From NCBI GenBank assembly GCA_023511725.1, contig JAIMAY010000004.1, positions 32,984 to 96,983 on the forward strand: 64,000 nt of DNA, read 5' to 3'. Source of the DNA: Alicyclobacillus sp. GTDB taxonomy: Bacteria; Bacillota; Bacilli; Alicyclobacillales; Alicyclobacillaceae. The position numbers and the translations under genes are program-made. Shown one piece after another: positions 28,008 to 41,136 of this stretch (its first letter is position 1; every line of letters starts with the position of its first letter). The notes beneath the pieces are model-generated. The model made no database searches, was not told the DNA's origin, and saw only the letters and a list, made by a program, of their open reading frames with translations.

Positions 28008-29308
28008 AGCTTCGGATTGACGGGGGAAGACTGCTGGATCTCACCGACGGTTCGCTGACACCCGCCTCGGTATTGGTGGACGCGGTGCGCGGGGTGGTGG
28101 TGGCCATCGGTACGGACCTGCCGGAGGCGGACCTGGTGATCTCGCTGCGGGGCGAGGTGCTGTTGCCGGGGTTCATTGACGTGCATGTCCATCTGCGCGA
28201 TCCCGGCTTCGAAGCGAAGGAAACCCTCGCCACGGGCACGCGCGCGGCCGCGGCGGGCGGCTACACGCAGGTGGCGTGCATGCCCAACACGAAACCGCCG
28301 CTCGACACGCCGGAGCGCGTACGGGATGTCCAGCTGCGCGCCCAGGGTCTGGCGGCGCGCGTGCATCCGGTGGCGTGCATCACCCAAGGTCAGGCGGGTG
28401 AGGCGCTGACCGACTTCGAGGCGCTCAGAGCCGCGGGCGCCATCGCGTTGTCGGATGATGGGCGGGGCGTTCAGCACAGCGGGCTCATGCGCGAGGCGTT
28501 GGCCCGCGCTGCGCGGGCCGGCCTGCCCGTGGCCATCCACGCGGAGGATGAGGCACTGTCCGGTGGCGGTGCACTGGACCCGGCGGCTGCCCGGCGCCTG
28601 GGGGTCTCCGCCAGCGCCCCCGAGGCGGAGACGGCGATGATTGCGCGCGACCTGGTGCTGGCGGAGGCGACGGGGGCGCATCTGCACGTGTGCCATGTGA
28701 GCACCGCAACGGCGGTGTCCCTGATCCGCTGGGCGAAGGCGCGCGGGATTCGGGTGACAGCCGAGGTCACGCCGCATCACCTGCTGTTGGATGAGGGCGT
28801 GATCGACCGGCCGGACGCGGTGTTCAAGGTGAATCCACCGCTGCGCACGGCGCAGGACCGGGAAGCATGCTTGGCGGGCTTTCTGGATGGAACACTCGAC
28901 CTGGTGGCGACGGACCACGCGCCGCATACCGCGGAGGAGAAGGCGCGGGGGCTCAGCGAGGCACCGTTCGGCATGGTCGGGCTGGAAACCGCGTTTCCTC
29001 TGCTGTACACCCACCTCGTCGAGACGGGGCGCATGCGCCTGGAGCAGTTGGTGCGCCGGATGTCCACGGACCCGGCGCGACACTTCGGCCTCGGCGGCGG
29101 CGTTCTCCGGCCCGGCGGTCGCGCGGACATCACGGCGGTGGACCTGGAGCACACCCGTCGCGTGGACCCGGCGACGTTTCACTCGAAGGGACGCAACACC
29201 CCGTTCGCGGGTTGGCCGCTGCGTGGTTGGCCGGTGCTGACGATATGCGAGGGCCGCGTGACGCACACGGCGGCGTACGAGATGACACAGGGGGAGGCAC
29301 GGCGATGA
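28004..29308 (+). CDS. pyrC: Dihydroorotase
   Basis: 434-aa ORF with metal-binding motif DVHVHLRDPG and a GTGA overlap with pyrB. Confidence 0.93.
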
Positions 29309-30409
29309 ACACGAGACAGGGCGCGCGATGTGCGCGCCTGGTGCTGGAGAATGGCGCGGTCTTCACGGGCACGGCCTTCGGCGCCGAAGGTGAATCCTTC
29401 GGCGAGGTCGTGTTCAACACGGGCATGACCGGCTACCAGGAGATCCTCACGGATCCCTCCTATCATGGGCAGATTGTGACGATGACCTATCCGCTGATAG
29501 GGAACTACGGCATCAATGTGGACGACGCCGAGTCGCGCCGCCCGTACGTGTACGGTTTTGTGGTGCGCGAGTATGCGGAGGTGCCCAGTCACCACAAGAG
29601 CGTCGAGACGCTCGATGCGTATCTGAAACGCCACGGCATCATCGGCATCAGCGGCGTGGACACGCGCAAACTCACGAAGATGATCCGCGAGCGCGGCACG
29701 ATGAAGGCGGTGCTGACGACACTGGACACGCCAATCGAGGTGCTGCGTGAGAAACTGGCGCAGCCACTGCCGACGGACCACATTGATCACGTCACCACGC
29801 CGGTCATCTATCGCTGCCCGGGCGACGGGCACCGCGTGGTGTTCATGGACTTCGGGGCCAAGCAGGGGACGCTGCGGGCGCTGCTCAGCCGGCGCTGCGA
29901 CGTGATTGTGGTCCCGGCCCGTACGAGCGCAGAGGAGATCCTGGCCTGGCGGCCGCACGGCGTCATGCTCTCCAACGGTCCGGGGGACCCGATGGACGTT
30001 CCCTACGCCATTGACACCGTTGCGCAGCTCTTGGGCAAGGTGCCAATGTTCGGGATCTGCCTCGGCCATCAGTTGATGGCGTTGGCCTGCGGTGCGCGGA
30101 CGGAGAAGATGCGGTTCGGCCATCGCGGGGTCAACCACCCGGTGAAGGACCTGCGCACAGGGCGGATCCACATCACGTCGCAGAACCACGGTTACATGGT
30201 GAGTGAAGCGTCGCTGGCGGGGACCGACCTGATCCTCACGCACGTCAACCAAAACGACGGGACGGTGGAGGGGCTGGCGCATGCTCGCTATCCCGCGTTC
30301 TGCGTGCAATACCATCCCGAGGCGCGGCCCGGTCCCGATGATTCGGACGGCCTGTTCGACGAGTTCATCCGCCTGATGGACGACTACTGGGAAGGGAGAT
30401 GGACGCCGC

Positions 30410-30426
<17 letters not shown>
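29305..30426 (+). CDS. carA: Carbamoyl-phosphate synthase small (glutaminase) subunit
   Basis: Real start is ATG 29305 (ATGA overlap with pyrC). Contains [17 protein letters not shown] and the catalytic Cys in GICLGHQL. Confidence 0.93.
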
Positions 30427-33691
<3,265 letters not shown>

Positions 33692-34447
33692 CCGGAAGTA
33701 TGACGCCGTGCGCCGCCGCACCTACATCGCACTCGATGTGCCGGACTGGGCGGCGGCGGAGGCGCTCGTTGAAGAGTTCGGATCGGCCGTCGACGGCTAC
33801 AAAGTGGGGCTGGAGCTGTTTTACGCCGCCGGCGAAGCTGCGGTACAACGCCTCGTGGATCAGGGCAAGCGCGTGTTCCTGGACCTGAAGTTGCACGACA
33901 TTCCCAACACCGTTCGAGGCGGCATCCAATCCCTGATGCGCCTGGGCGTGGAGATGGTGAATGTCCACGCGCTCGCCGGCACGGCCGCGCTGCAGGCCGC
34001 GCTGGACGCCGCCAGCGGCGTGGAGCAACGGCCGCTGCTGATTGCCGTCACCGTCCTGACCAGCCTCAGCGCAGCTGATCTGACGAGGATGGGCATTCCG
34101 TGTACACCGCAGGATTTGGTCGTGTCCTTGGCACAACTGGCCATGCAGGCGGGGATGGATGGTGTGGTCGCTTCGGCCAAGGAGATCCGCCTCATTCGCA
34201 GCATGGCGCCGGCTCAGTTCGAGATTGTGGTGCCGGGCACTCGGCCCGCCGGCGCAGCGAGCGATGATCAGGCCCGCTCGCTGACGCCCGGAGAGGCGAT
34301 GCTAGAGGGAGCGACGCGCTTGGTGCTGGGTCGTGCGGTGACGCGCGGGCGCGATGCGCTGGAACGGCTGCAGGCGCTGGGGCGGATTTGGGAGGAGATG
34401 CTCGCCGCAGGCGCGGCGGCCGAGACGGAGAGAGGAGGCATCGCGCC

Positions 34448-35119
34448 ATGAGGCAAGCCGCATCGAATGCGTCCGTGGCGGGCGTCGCCCGGGATGTGGC
34501 GCGTGGTTTGCTCGCCGTGCGGGCTGTGGAGATTCGCCCGGACAATCCCTTCCTGTGGGCATCCGGCTGGCACTCTCCCATGTATTGCGACAACCGATTG
34601 ATCTGGAGTCACCCCGTCCTGCGCGAACAGGTGCTGCGCGGGCTGACGCAGTTGCTGATGGAGCGGGCGCCGGGCGTCGAACTGCTGGCGGGGTGTGCCA
34701 CCGCGGGGATTCCCCATGCGGCCATGTTGGCGGATCGGCTGCATCTGCCCCTGGTCTACGTGCGCAGCAAGGCGAAGGACCACGGGAAGGGGCGGCGTGT
34801 CGAAGGGCGCGTGTTGCCTGGACAGCGCGTGGTCGTTGTGGAGGACACGCTCTCCACCGGCGGCTCGGCGTTTGACGCTGCGGAGGCCGTGCGTGCCGAG
34901 GGTGGGGACGTGATTGGCGTGTTGGCGGTCTTCTCGTATGAGTTTGACCGCATGCGGGAACGCAGTGCGGCCAGCGGGATTCCCGCGTGGGCGCTGGTGG
35001 ATTACGAGACGCTCATTCAGGCGGCCGTGGAAACGGGCTACGTTCGAGAGGATCAGGTGTCGCTCCTGCGCGAGTGGCGGCGCGCGCCGGACCAGTGGAG
35101 TGGTGCGCCGAGCAGGTGA
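34448..35119 (+). CDS. pyrE: Orotate phosphoribosyltransferase
   Basis: Real start is ATG 34448 (ATGA overlap with pyrF). The PRPP motif is VVVVEDTLSTGGS. Confidence 0.92.
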   Translation: MRQAASNASVAGVARDVARGLLAVRAVEIRPDNPFLWASGWHSPMYCDNRLIWSHPVLREQVLRGLTQLLMERAPGVELLAGCATAGIPHAAMLADRLHLPLVYVRSKAKDHGKGRRVEGRVLPGQRVVVVEDTLSTGGSAFDAAEAVRAEGGDVIGVLAVFSYEFDRMRERSAASGIPAWALVDYETLIQAAVETGYVREDQVSLLREWRRAPDQWSGAPSR

Positions 35120-35205
35120 TCCGCAATTCCCAATGCGGGGGACTTTTCTGAACGGACGAATCCCGCTAAAGTAGAGAGTGGATGGCCCAGCGGGAGGTGC
35201 GTAGG

Positions 35206-35385
35206 ATGAGTCGCTTCACGGGAACATTCCTGCTTTGCGCCGTGCTCATCATCGGCGGATTGATCCTGCTCATCGTCGGCAAGAACTTCGTCCAGTTCCT
35301 CGGTCTTGTGGCCTTTATCTTGGCCGTGTTGATTGCGGGAGGCGTGGAGATCAGCGAGAAGTACAACGCGTCCTCGGGCGCCTGA
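35206..35385 (+). CDS. Hypothetical small membrane protein (59 aa, 2 TM)
   Basis: The protein reads MSRFTGTFLLCAVLIIGGLILLIVGKNFVQFLGLVAFILAVLIAGGVEISEKYNASSGA. ATG 35206 lies 7 nt after GGGAGGTG; the track ORF starts at 35182. Confidence 0.55.
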   Translation: MSRFTGTFLLCAVLIIGGLILLIVGKNFVQFLGLVAFILAVLIAGGVEISEKYNASSGA

Positions 35386-35411
35386 CCATCGCGGCCAGGA
35401 CGTGCGCAACA

Positions 35412-35439
35412 AGGCCGCCGGCGGCTCAGCCGGCGGCCT
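35412..35439. terminator. Perfect 11-bp GC hairpin (AGGCCGCCGGC-GGCTCA-GCCGGCGGCCT) between convergent genes
   Basis: The arms are exact reverse complements. It lies between the stop of the 59-aa ORF (35385) and the stop of the Rieske gene (35480). No clear U-tract is present. Confidence 0.5.
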
Positions 35440-35479
35440 GCGTCATTTCACGGCCTCATCACCGCGCGGGGTGACGGTA

Positions 35480-36106
35480 TCATTCGACGTCGGGGTTGAC
35501 ATCGTTGGCGCTCGCCCAGGTGGCTTTGGTGCGCTGGAACGAACCGCCCACCCAGACGTAGCCGTCCTGAATCTTATAGTAATACAGATCCAGCGGCCGA
35601 GGTGCCGGAGAGGAATCGGTCGGCACCCCATAGATGTTGTACATACTGTTATGGCAAGGGCACATGAACCATGACTGGCCGTTGTTGTACTGAGGGGCCA
35701 CCGACTTACCGTTCTTTTCGGAGCCATTCACGTGGCATCCAAGATGGGTGCAGGTGTGCGACATGATCATCAATTTCTTGTTGTACTTGATGACGAAGAC
35801 ATCGTTGGGCTTGGTCTGCGAGTTCCAGGCGTCGTCGATGTGCTGCTCAAATGTCACGTGCGTGGGCAGCTGATCATTGAAGTCGCTGACCTTCCAGTTG
35901 GTCTTGCTGAAACTCGCGTTGCCGGCGCGATGAACCGGATCAAACGCGCTGATCACCAACGGGCCCGCGACCAAGGTGCCCATGAAGGCACCGGTACCGC
36001 CGAGCACGTAGGTCAGAAACTGACGCCTCGTCAACCCGCCTGAGTCCTGCAGCGGGACACCTGGGCCGGTTTGGGACTGAAGGGGCGAAGCTTCCCGGTT
36101 TTCCAT
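35480..36106 (-). CDS. Tat-targeted Rieske [2Fe-2S] protein, QcrA-like, with no adjacent cytochrome b/c genes
   Basis: Contains twin-arginine motif RRQFLTYVLGG plus a TM segment, and cluster boxes CTHLGC and CPCH. Start is ATG 36106, 9 nt after GAGGAGG; the track ORF extends to 36151. Confidence 0.85.
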   Translation of the reverse strand: MENREASPLQSQTGPGVPLQDSGGLTRRQFLTYVLGGTGAFMGTLVAGPLVISAFDPVHRAGNASFSKTNWKVSDFNDQLPTHVTFEQHIDDAWNSQTKPNDVFVIKYNKKLMIMSHTCTHLGCHVNGSEKNGKSVAPQYNNGQSWFMCPCHNSMYNIYGVPTDSSPAPRPLDLYYYKIQDGYVWVGGSFQRTKATWASANDVNPDVE

Positions 36107-36267
36107 CGGATGCATCCTCCTCGCGGTCGCCAATCTGCCGGGCAGGTGCACGTCCGAGCCGGTCGTGTACCCGCATCCCCATCCGGAAGCCTCCCTTGCC
36201 TGTGGAGGTCCTGCGACAGATCTCTGAATCCGTGCGATAATGCAGCGATTGCCGCAACTCTACCTTC

Positions 36268-36305
36268 TATCATAACATAGAAGACCGTGGCATGCAGCCA
36301 CGGCC
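36268..36305 (-). terminator. Rho-independent terminator after the glutamate dehydrogenase gene (minus strand)
   Basis: The minus-strand RNA reads GGCCGUGGC-UGCAU-GCCACGGUC (9 bp including one G-U), then UUCUAUGUUAUGAU. An AT-rich palindrome, CTTCTAT-N6-ATAGAAG, overlaps it at 36264-36283. Confidence 0.6.
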
Positions 36306-36364
36306 TTGCCGGATAAACCTTTGGCGAAATGATGACAATTTGAACGAGCATCCGTGCTGCGCTA

Positions 36365-37654
36365 TCAGAGCCAGCCGCGCCAGCGCATCGCTTCGGCGAA
36401 CGGCCGGATCCCCACCATGTAGGCCGCGAGGCGGGTCGACACCTGATAGCGGCGGGCCGTCTTGAGGATGTTGTGGACGGCGTTCACCATCATCCGCTCG
36501 AGGCGGGAGTTGACCTCGTCCTCGGTCCAGTACCAGCCCTGGTTGTTCTGCACCCATTCGAAGTACGACACCGTCACACCGCCAGCGTTGGCGAGCACAT
36601 CAGGGACCACGAGGATGCCGCGTTCCTCCAGAATGGCGTCCGCCATCGGCGTGGTCGGGCCGTTGGCCGCTTCCACAATCAGCTTGGCCTGGATATCCCG
36701 AGCGTTGTGCTCCGTGATCTGATTCTCGAGCGCCGCCGGGATCAGGATGTCGCACGGCTTGACCAGCAACTCCTCGTTGCTGATGACGTGGCTGAAGTTG
36801 GTGGTGACCACGCCGAACGAGTCGCGCTTGTCAAACAGGTCCGGAATGTCGAGTCCATTCTCATTGTATAGCGCACCGTTGGCGTCGCTGATGCCCACCA
36901 CCTTGACGCCCATCTCATGGAGGATCCTGGCCACGTTGCTGCCGACATTACCGAAGCCCTGCACAATCACGCGGGCTTCTTTGAGGTCTATTCCGGCCTG
37001 CGCTGCCGCCTCCCGCGTCGCAACCACGACGCCGAGCGCGGTCGCCTGCTCACGTCCCTGCGATCCGCCCAGCACCAGCGGCTTGCCGGTGATAAAGTTG
37101 GGCGAGTCGTACTCGCGAATGCGGCTGTATTCGTCATACATCCACGCCATGACCTGCGGATTCGTGTAGACGTCGGGCGCGGGGATGTCCTTGGCCGGGC
37201 CGACAATCTGGCTCACGGCCCGTACATAACCGCGGGCGAGGCGTTCCTGTTCGTGGATGGAGAGTTTACGGGGATCACAGACAATCCCGCCCTTTGCGCC
37301 GCCGTAGGGCAACCCGAAGATGCCGCATTTGATGCTCATCCATATGGACAGGGCTTTGACCTCATCCAGCGTCACATCGGGGTGGAACCGGATACCGCCT
37401 TTCGTCGGGCCGATGGCGTCGTTGTGCTGAGCTCGATAGCCCGTAAAGACCTCGGTGTGGCCATCATCCATGCGCACAGGGATGCGGACGGTCAGTACGC
37501 GGATGGGCTCTTTCAACAACTCGTAGACGGTGTCCGAATAACCGAGCCGTGTCAGTGCAGCATGAATCGCCTCTTGCGTGTTTTTCAGCACGTCTTCACC
37601 GGGCGCCGGCATATTGGCACCGGCCGCGAGGCGTTTGCTGACTTTCGTGCTCAT
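36365..37654 (-). CDS. NAD(P)-specific glutamate dehydrogenase (GudB/RocG-like)
   Basis: 429-aa ORF with the catalytic-Lys region GLPYGGAKGGIVCDP and the dinucleotide fold VQGFGNVGS. Confidence 0.93.
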   Translation of the reverse strand: MSTKVSKRLAAGANMPAPGEDVLKNTQEAIHAALTRLGYSDTVYELLKEPIRVLTVRIPVRMDDGHTEVFTGYRAQHNDAIGPTKGGIRFHPDVTLDEVKALSIWMSIKCGIFGLPYGGAKGGIVCDPRKLSIHEQERLARGYVRAVSQIVGPAKDIPAPDVYTNPQVMAWMYDEYSRIREYDSPNFITGKPLVLGGSQGREQATALGVVVATREAAAQAGIDLKEARVIVQGFGNVGSNVARILHEMGVKVVGISDANGALYNENGLDIPDLFDKRDSFGVVTTNFSHVISNEELLVKPCDILIPAALENQITEHNARDIQAKLIVEAANGPTTPMADAILEERGILVVPDVLANAGGVTVSYFEWVQNNQGWYWTEDEVNSRLERMMVNAVHNILKTARRYQVSTRLAAYMVGIRPFAEAMRWRGWL

Positions 37655-37709
37655 CGTGTCACGTCCCTCTTTTGCAGGATCCGGGTCATGTTTTCATGTT
37701 CCCCGTACC

Positions 37710-37738
37710 ATAATAGAACAGTCGGTGGAGCTTGAAAA
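37710..37738 (-). promoter_or_regulatory. Candidate sigma-A promoter for the glutamate dehydrogenase gene (minus strand TTTTCA-N17-TATTAT)
   Basis: Plus-strand ATAATA at 37710-37715 and TGAAAA at 37733-37738. The gene starts at 37654. Confidence 0.4.
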
Positions 37739-37785
37739 GACGAGCCTGCAGACCGAAGCTGAGAAAGCGAGGAAGGCCAGTGCGC

Positions 37786-39237
37786 ATGTTCCAGCGGTGG
37801 AATGGGAGAGGGTGGCGCGAGCAGGCGGAACGCGTGTGCTCGTCCTGGACGTTCCATCTGTTCCTGTCCGGGGCCGTCGTCACCCTGGTGTTCCTGTGGG
37901 CCCCGCCGCTCTTCTCCGGGGATACGGATACGGCGCGGAACTATCTGAACACCATCGTCTCGTCGCTGTCCACCATTCTGGCGTTATGTATCTCCATCAT
38001 CCTGGTGGCTATACAACTCACCGCCAGCAACTACACCCACCGCGTGCTGGATTTTTTCATGCGCTTACCGTACAACGCCTCGCTGTTTCTTGTATACCTG
38101 GTGACCATCATTCACAGCTTTGTGTTGATGGCGAAGATCCGGGATCCCCTTCGCGATCCGCTGCCCGCCTCCCTTCGTCCGGAGATGTCCGCGGATCTGG
38201 TCCTGGTCATCATCTGCTTCTTCAGCCTGCTGATGTATATGTACGCGGTGGTGCAACTGCTGAAACCGGAACGTATCATCAAGCTGATCCTGCGCGACTA
38301 TGACCGGGCGTTGGCCCACGGCCGGTGGCGCGCCGCATTGGAGAACGTCGAGCAGATCTGCGACATCGCCAAGCGCGCGGCTTCGTTCAGCGACTCGGTG
38401 ACGGGCACGCGCTGTGTGCGCGCCATGCTGTACATCGCGTCGCATCTCCCGCTGCCCGCCGATGCGGATCAGGCTCTGCTGGACGTGCATCAGAGCGTCG
38501 TGGACCAGTGGGTTGAAATCGTCGGTGTGGCGGTCAAGGAGCGGGAAACCGGGCTGCTCTACAGTGTGCTGAGTGCGCTCCGGGACCAGGGCCGTCTGTA
38601 CATCGCGGGGGGCGCGTGGGCGGCGGCCGTGACCGTGATTCGAGCGTATCGGCATCTTGTGTTCGCCCATCTGCTGAGTGAGGGGCAGACGTTCTATGTG
38701 GAGCACGTGGCAGATAGGCTCTTGGATCTGGCTGCTCGCGCGGTTCGGTGTGGTGAACGGGGGGAGATGTTCGCCATCCGGACGCTCGATGTGGTGCGCT
38801 CGGTGGGGGAGCGCGCCATGCGCTCGGACCCCGGCGCTTTGTCGGGCCTCGCCGAGCATCTGTTGACATCGCGCGCGCTGGCGGAGATCTGGATGGTCGC
38901 GTCCCCATCGAGCCGGGAACGCGTGACGGACATCTACTTTCAATTGTGGAAAGTCTTCGCCGCGGCGGCGCCGCTGTCGGACGCCGCGCGCTGGGCGCAG
39001 TGGTGGCGGCAAACGATGGAGGACCCGGCCGTGCTGCGCGACGGGCAGCTGCTCGCTGTTCAACTGGCGCTTCACGTCGGCCGGCCGGATGTCGCGGACA
39101 CTCTGCGTTATGTCTGGCATGAGGGGGTGCGCCCCGGTGCGGCGGCCAGCCTCACCGCGGGCGTGATGGCTCGGCGGCAGTTGTTCGATGGCTGGCCCGC
39201 TCCTGCCGGCGCTCGCGAGCCTCAGGGCTCGTCCTGA
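37786..39237 (+). CDS. DUF2254-like membrane protein with a large C-terminal soluble domain
   Basis: The N-terminal pattern ARNYLNTIVSSLSTILALCISIILVAIQLTASNYTHRVLDFFM resembles DUF2254, with about 4 TM segments followed by about 300 aa of helical Ala/Arg-rich sequence. ATG 37786 follows AGGAAGG; the track ORF starts at 37732. Confidence 0.6.
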   Translation: MFQRWNGRGWREQAERVCSSWTFHLFLSGAVVTLVFLWAPPLFSGDTDTARNYLNTIVSSLSTILALCISIILVAIQLTASNYTHRVLDFFMRLPYNASLFLVYLVTIIHSFVLMAKIRDPLRDPLPASLRPEMSADLVLVIICFFSLLMYMYAVVQLLKPERIIKLILRDYDRALAHGRWRAALENVEQICDIAKRAASFSDSVTGTRCVRAMLYIASHLPLPADADQALLDVHQSVVDQWVEIVGVAVKERETGLLYSVLSALRDQGRLYIAGGAWAAAVTVIRAYRHLVFAHLLSEGQTFYVEHVADRLLDLAARAVRCGERGEMFAIRTLDVVRSVGERAMRSDPGALSGLAEHLLTSRALAEIWMVASPSSRERVTDIYFQLWKVFAAAAPLSDAARWAQWWRQTMEDPAVLRDGQLLAVQLALHVGRPDVADTLRYVWHEGVRPGAAASLTAGVMARRQLFDGWPAPAGAREPQGSS

Positions 39238-41027
39238 CCAGGCTCGGCTGAGGCAGGTGTATCCGCGCGGCGCGGGCGATGGCGGCGCTCCAGGATCTGT
39301 TCGATCCGGGACCGGTCCGGGGTCACGTACAGCGTCCGCTGTCCCTCGTACAACACCTGGCCCGGCCGAGCCCCGCGCGCCTTCCAGACGTTGCGGATCA
39401 GCGTGTGGTCAACGGCGACGCGGCTCGAGTCGCGCCCCTTGCTGAACCATGCCGCCAGCAGTGCGGCTTCCTCCAGGGTGCTGTCCGGCACCGCTTTCCC
39501 TTCCGTGGAGATCACCACGTGACTGCCCGGCATGTCCTTCACGTGCAGCCACACGTCGTGCGGCTGACTGGCGCGAAGGGTGAGACGGTCATTCTGCACA
39601 TTGTTGCGCCCGACGCGGATGATGAAGCCATCCGAACTCTCGTAGGCGTCCGGCTGCGCGGCATCGCGCCGGCGCCCACCGGTCGTGGATGAGCCTTTGC
39701 GTGATCTGGGCTCCGTCCAGAAGCCCTGTTGCGCCAATTCCCGCGCAATCAGTTCCAGGTCCGCGGTGCCGGCGTCCCGGAGCTGTACCAACACGCTTTC
39801 CAGGTACGCCAGGTCCGCCTCGGCCTGCGCGCGCTCCTCAGCCAACACCGGCAGCGCCCGCTTGCGCCGGCTGCTGAGGCGAAAGTAGCGCTGCGCGTTT
39901 TCGATGGGGGTGAGGGCGGGATCGAGCGGGATGCGGATGGGCCGCATCTCATCGTAGTAGTTGGGCAGCACGGCCTCCGTTTGGCCCTTCTCCAGCTGAT
40001 GCGCGTAGGTGGTGAGAAGCTCGCCCTGGATGCGCAGCAGCTCGTGACCTTCGCTCTCCCGCTCCGCCTCGTCCAGCTTGGCCAACTTGCCGCGCAGCCG
40101 GTCGATGTGGGCCTGAACGGCCTGTTCCAGTTGCCGTTTGCGCCGAGACTCCAGCATGTGCTCGGCCTGCTCGCTGTACAGTCGATCCAGTGCCTCGTCG
40201 AGCGAAACAAGCAATTCGCGGCGCGGCAGGTGAGTGAGTGTGAACGGCGCCGCCGCCAGCGGCCGGCCCAGTTCATCCAGACCCAGGCTCGGCGTTTCTG
40301 CGCCGTTCAGCACGGCTGCGTACAACTCACGGATGGCCTCGCGGAGCGCCTCGGGCGCCAGGGAGCCGGCTCTGGCCATAACCTCGGCGGCCGTCACCGG
40401 CCCCATCCCCGCCACCCTCTGGGCGAGGGCGAGCCGCCGCTTCGCGGCCGGAACGCCCGGCAAGTCCAGCTGCGCCAGGTCATCCGCGGTGACCTCATCC
40501 CAGGCCAGGCGTCGCTGCGGCGGTGGGGGCGTAAACGGCGAGCCAGGCAGAATGGGCCGCACGCGGCTCATGTCCGGCGTGACGTGCACGATGGCGTCGA
40601 TCACGCGCACCGGCGCACCCTCTCCATCGCCTTCGCACAACATCAGGTTGCTGTGCTTGCCCATCATCTCCAGCACCAGCACGTACTCCCGCAGGTCCCC
40701 GAGTTCATCCACGCGTTCGATCACGATGTGCAGCGCGCGTTCCCACGCCGGCTGCCGCACATCGCGGATGCGGCCGCCCTCCAGACGACGCCGCAGCAAC
40801 ATGCAGAACATGGGAGCTTCCGGTGGGTTTTCGGGGCGTGCATGCACCAGCCGGTGCGCCCTGGCGAACTGCCGGTGCGCCGATAGCATGAGCCGGTGCA
40901 CGCCCTGGGGGGTCCGAACGCTCACGGTGATCTCGCGCTCACTGGGCTGATGAATCTTTTCGATTCGCGCTTGGCGGTACACCTCCGCCCACACGCGGCG
41001 GAGTGCAGCCACGGTCAAACCATCCAT
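39222..41027 (-). CDS. rqcH: Ribosome quality-control factor RqcH (NFACT / FbpA family, YloA)
   Basis: 601-aa ORF with an NFACT-N region (MGKHSNLML), a coiled coil, and a C-terminal NFACT-R/DUF814 (DVWLHVKDMPGSHVVI). Confidence 0.9.
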   Translation of the reverse strand: MDGLTVAALRRVWAEVYRQARIEKIHQPSEREITVSVRTPQGVHRLMLSAHRQFARAHRLVHARPENPPEAPMFCMLLRRRLEGGRIRDVRQPAWERALHIVIERVDELGDLREYVLVLEMMGKHSNLMLCEGDGEGAPVRVIDAIVHVTPDMSRVRPILPGSPFTPPPPQRRLAWDEVTADDLAQLDLPGVPAAKRRLALAQRVAGMGPVTAAEVMARAGSLAPEALREAIRELYAAVLNGAETPSLGLDELGRPLAAAPFTLTHLPRRELLVSLDEALDRLYSEQAEHMLESRRKRQLEQAVQAHIDRLRGKLAKLDEAERESEGHELLRIQGELLTTYAHQLEKGQTEAVLPNYYDEMRPIRIPLDPALTPIENAQRYFRLSSRRKRALPVLAEERAQAEADLAYLESVLVQLRDAGTADLELIARELAQQGFWTEPRSRKGSSTTGGRRRDAAQPDAYESSDGFIIRVGRNNVQNDRLTLRASQPHDVWLHVKDMPGSHVVISTEGKAVPDSTLEEAALLAAWFSKGRDSSRVAVDHTLIRNVWKARGARPGQVLYEGQRTLYVTPDRSRIEQILERRHRPRRADTPASAEPGQDEP

Positions 41028-41136
41028 CGTCTATCCTCTCTCTCGGCTTTTTCCGGACTCGTCCTGCACATGGGACATATTCGCAGGGCGTACAGGCATA
41101 GAGATTACGAGACAAGTTGCAGAAGGGGTGGCTCTT

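Noticed and set aside
39729-40886. 385-aa plus-strand ORF
   Set aside because: It lies antisense to rqcH, whose minus-strand frame has NFACT-N and NFACT-R motifs.
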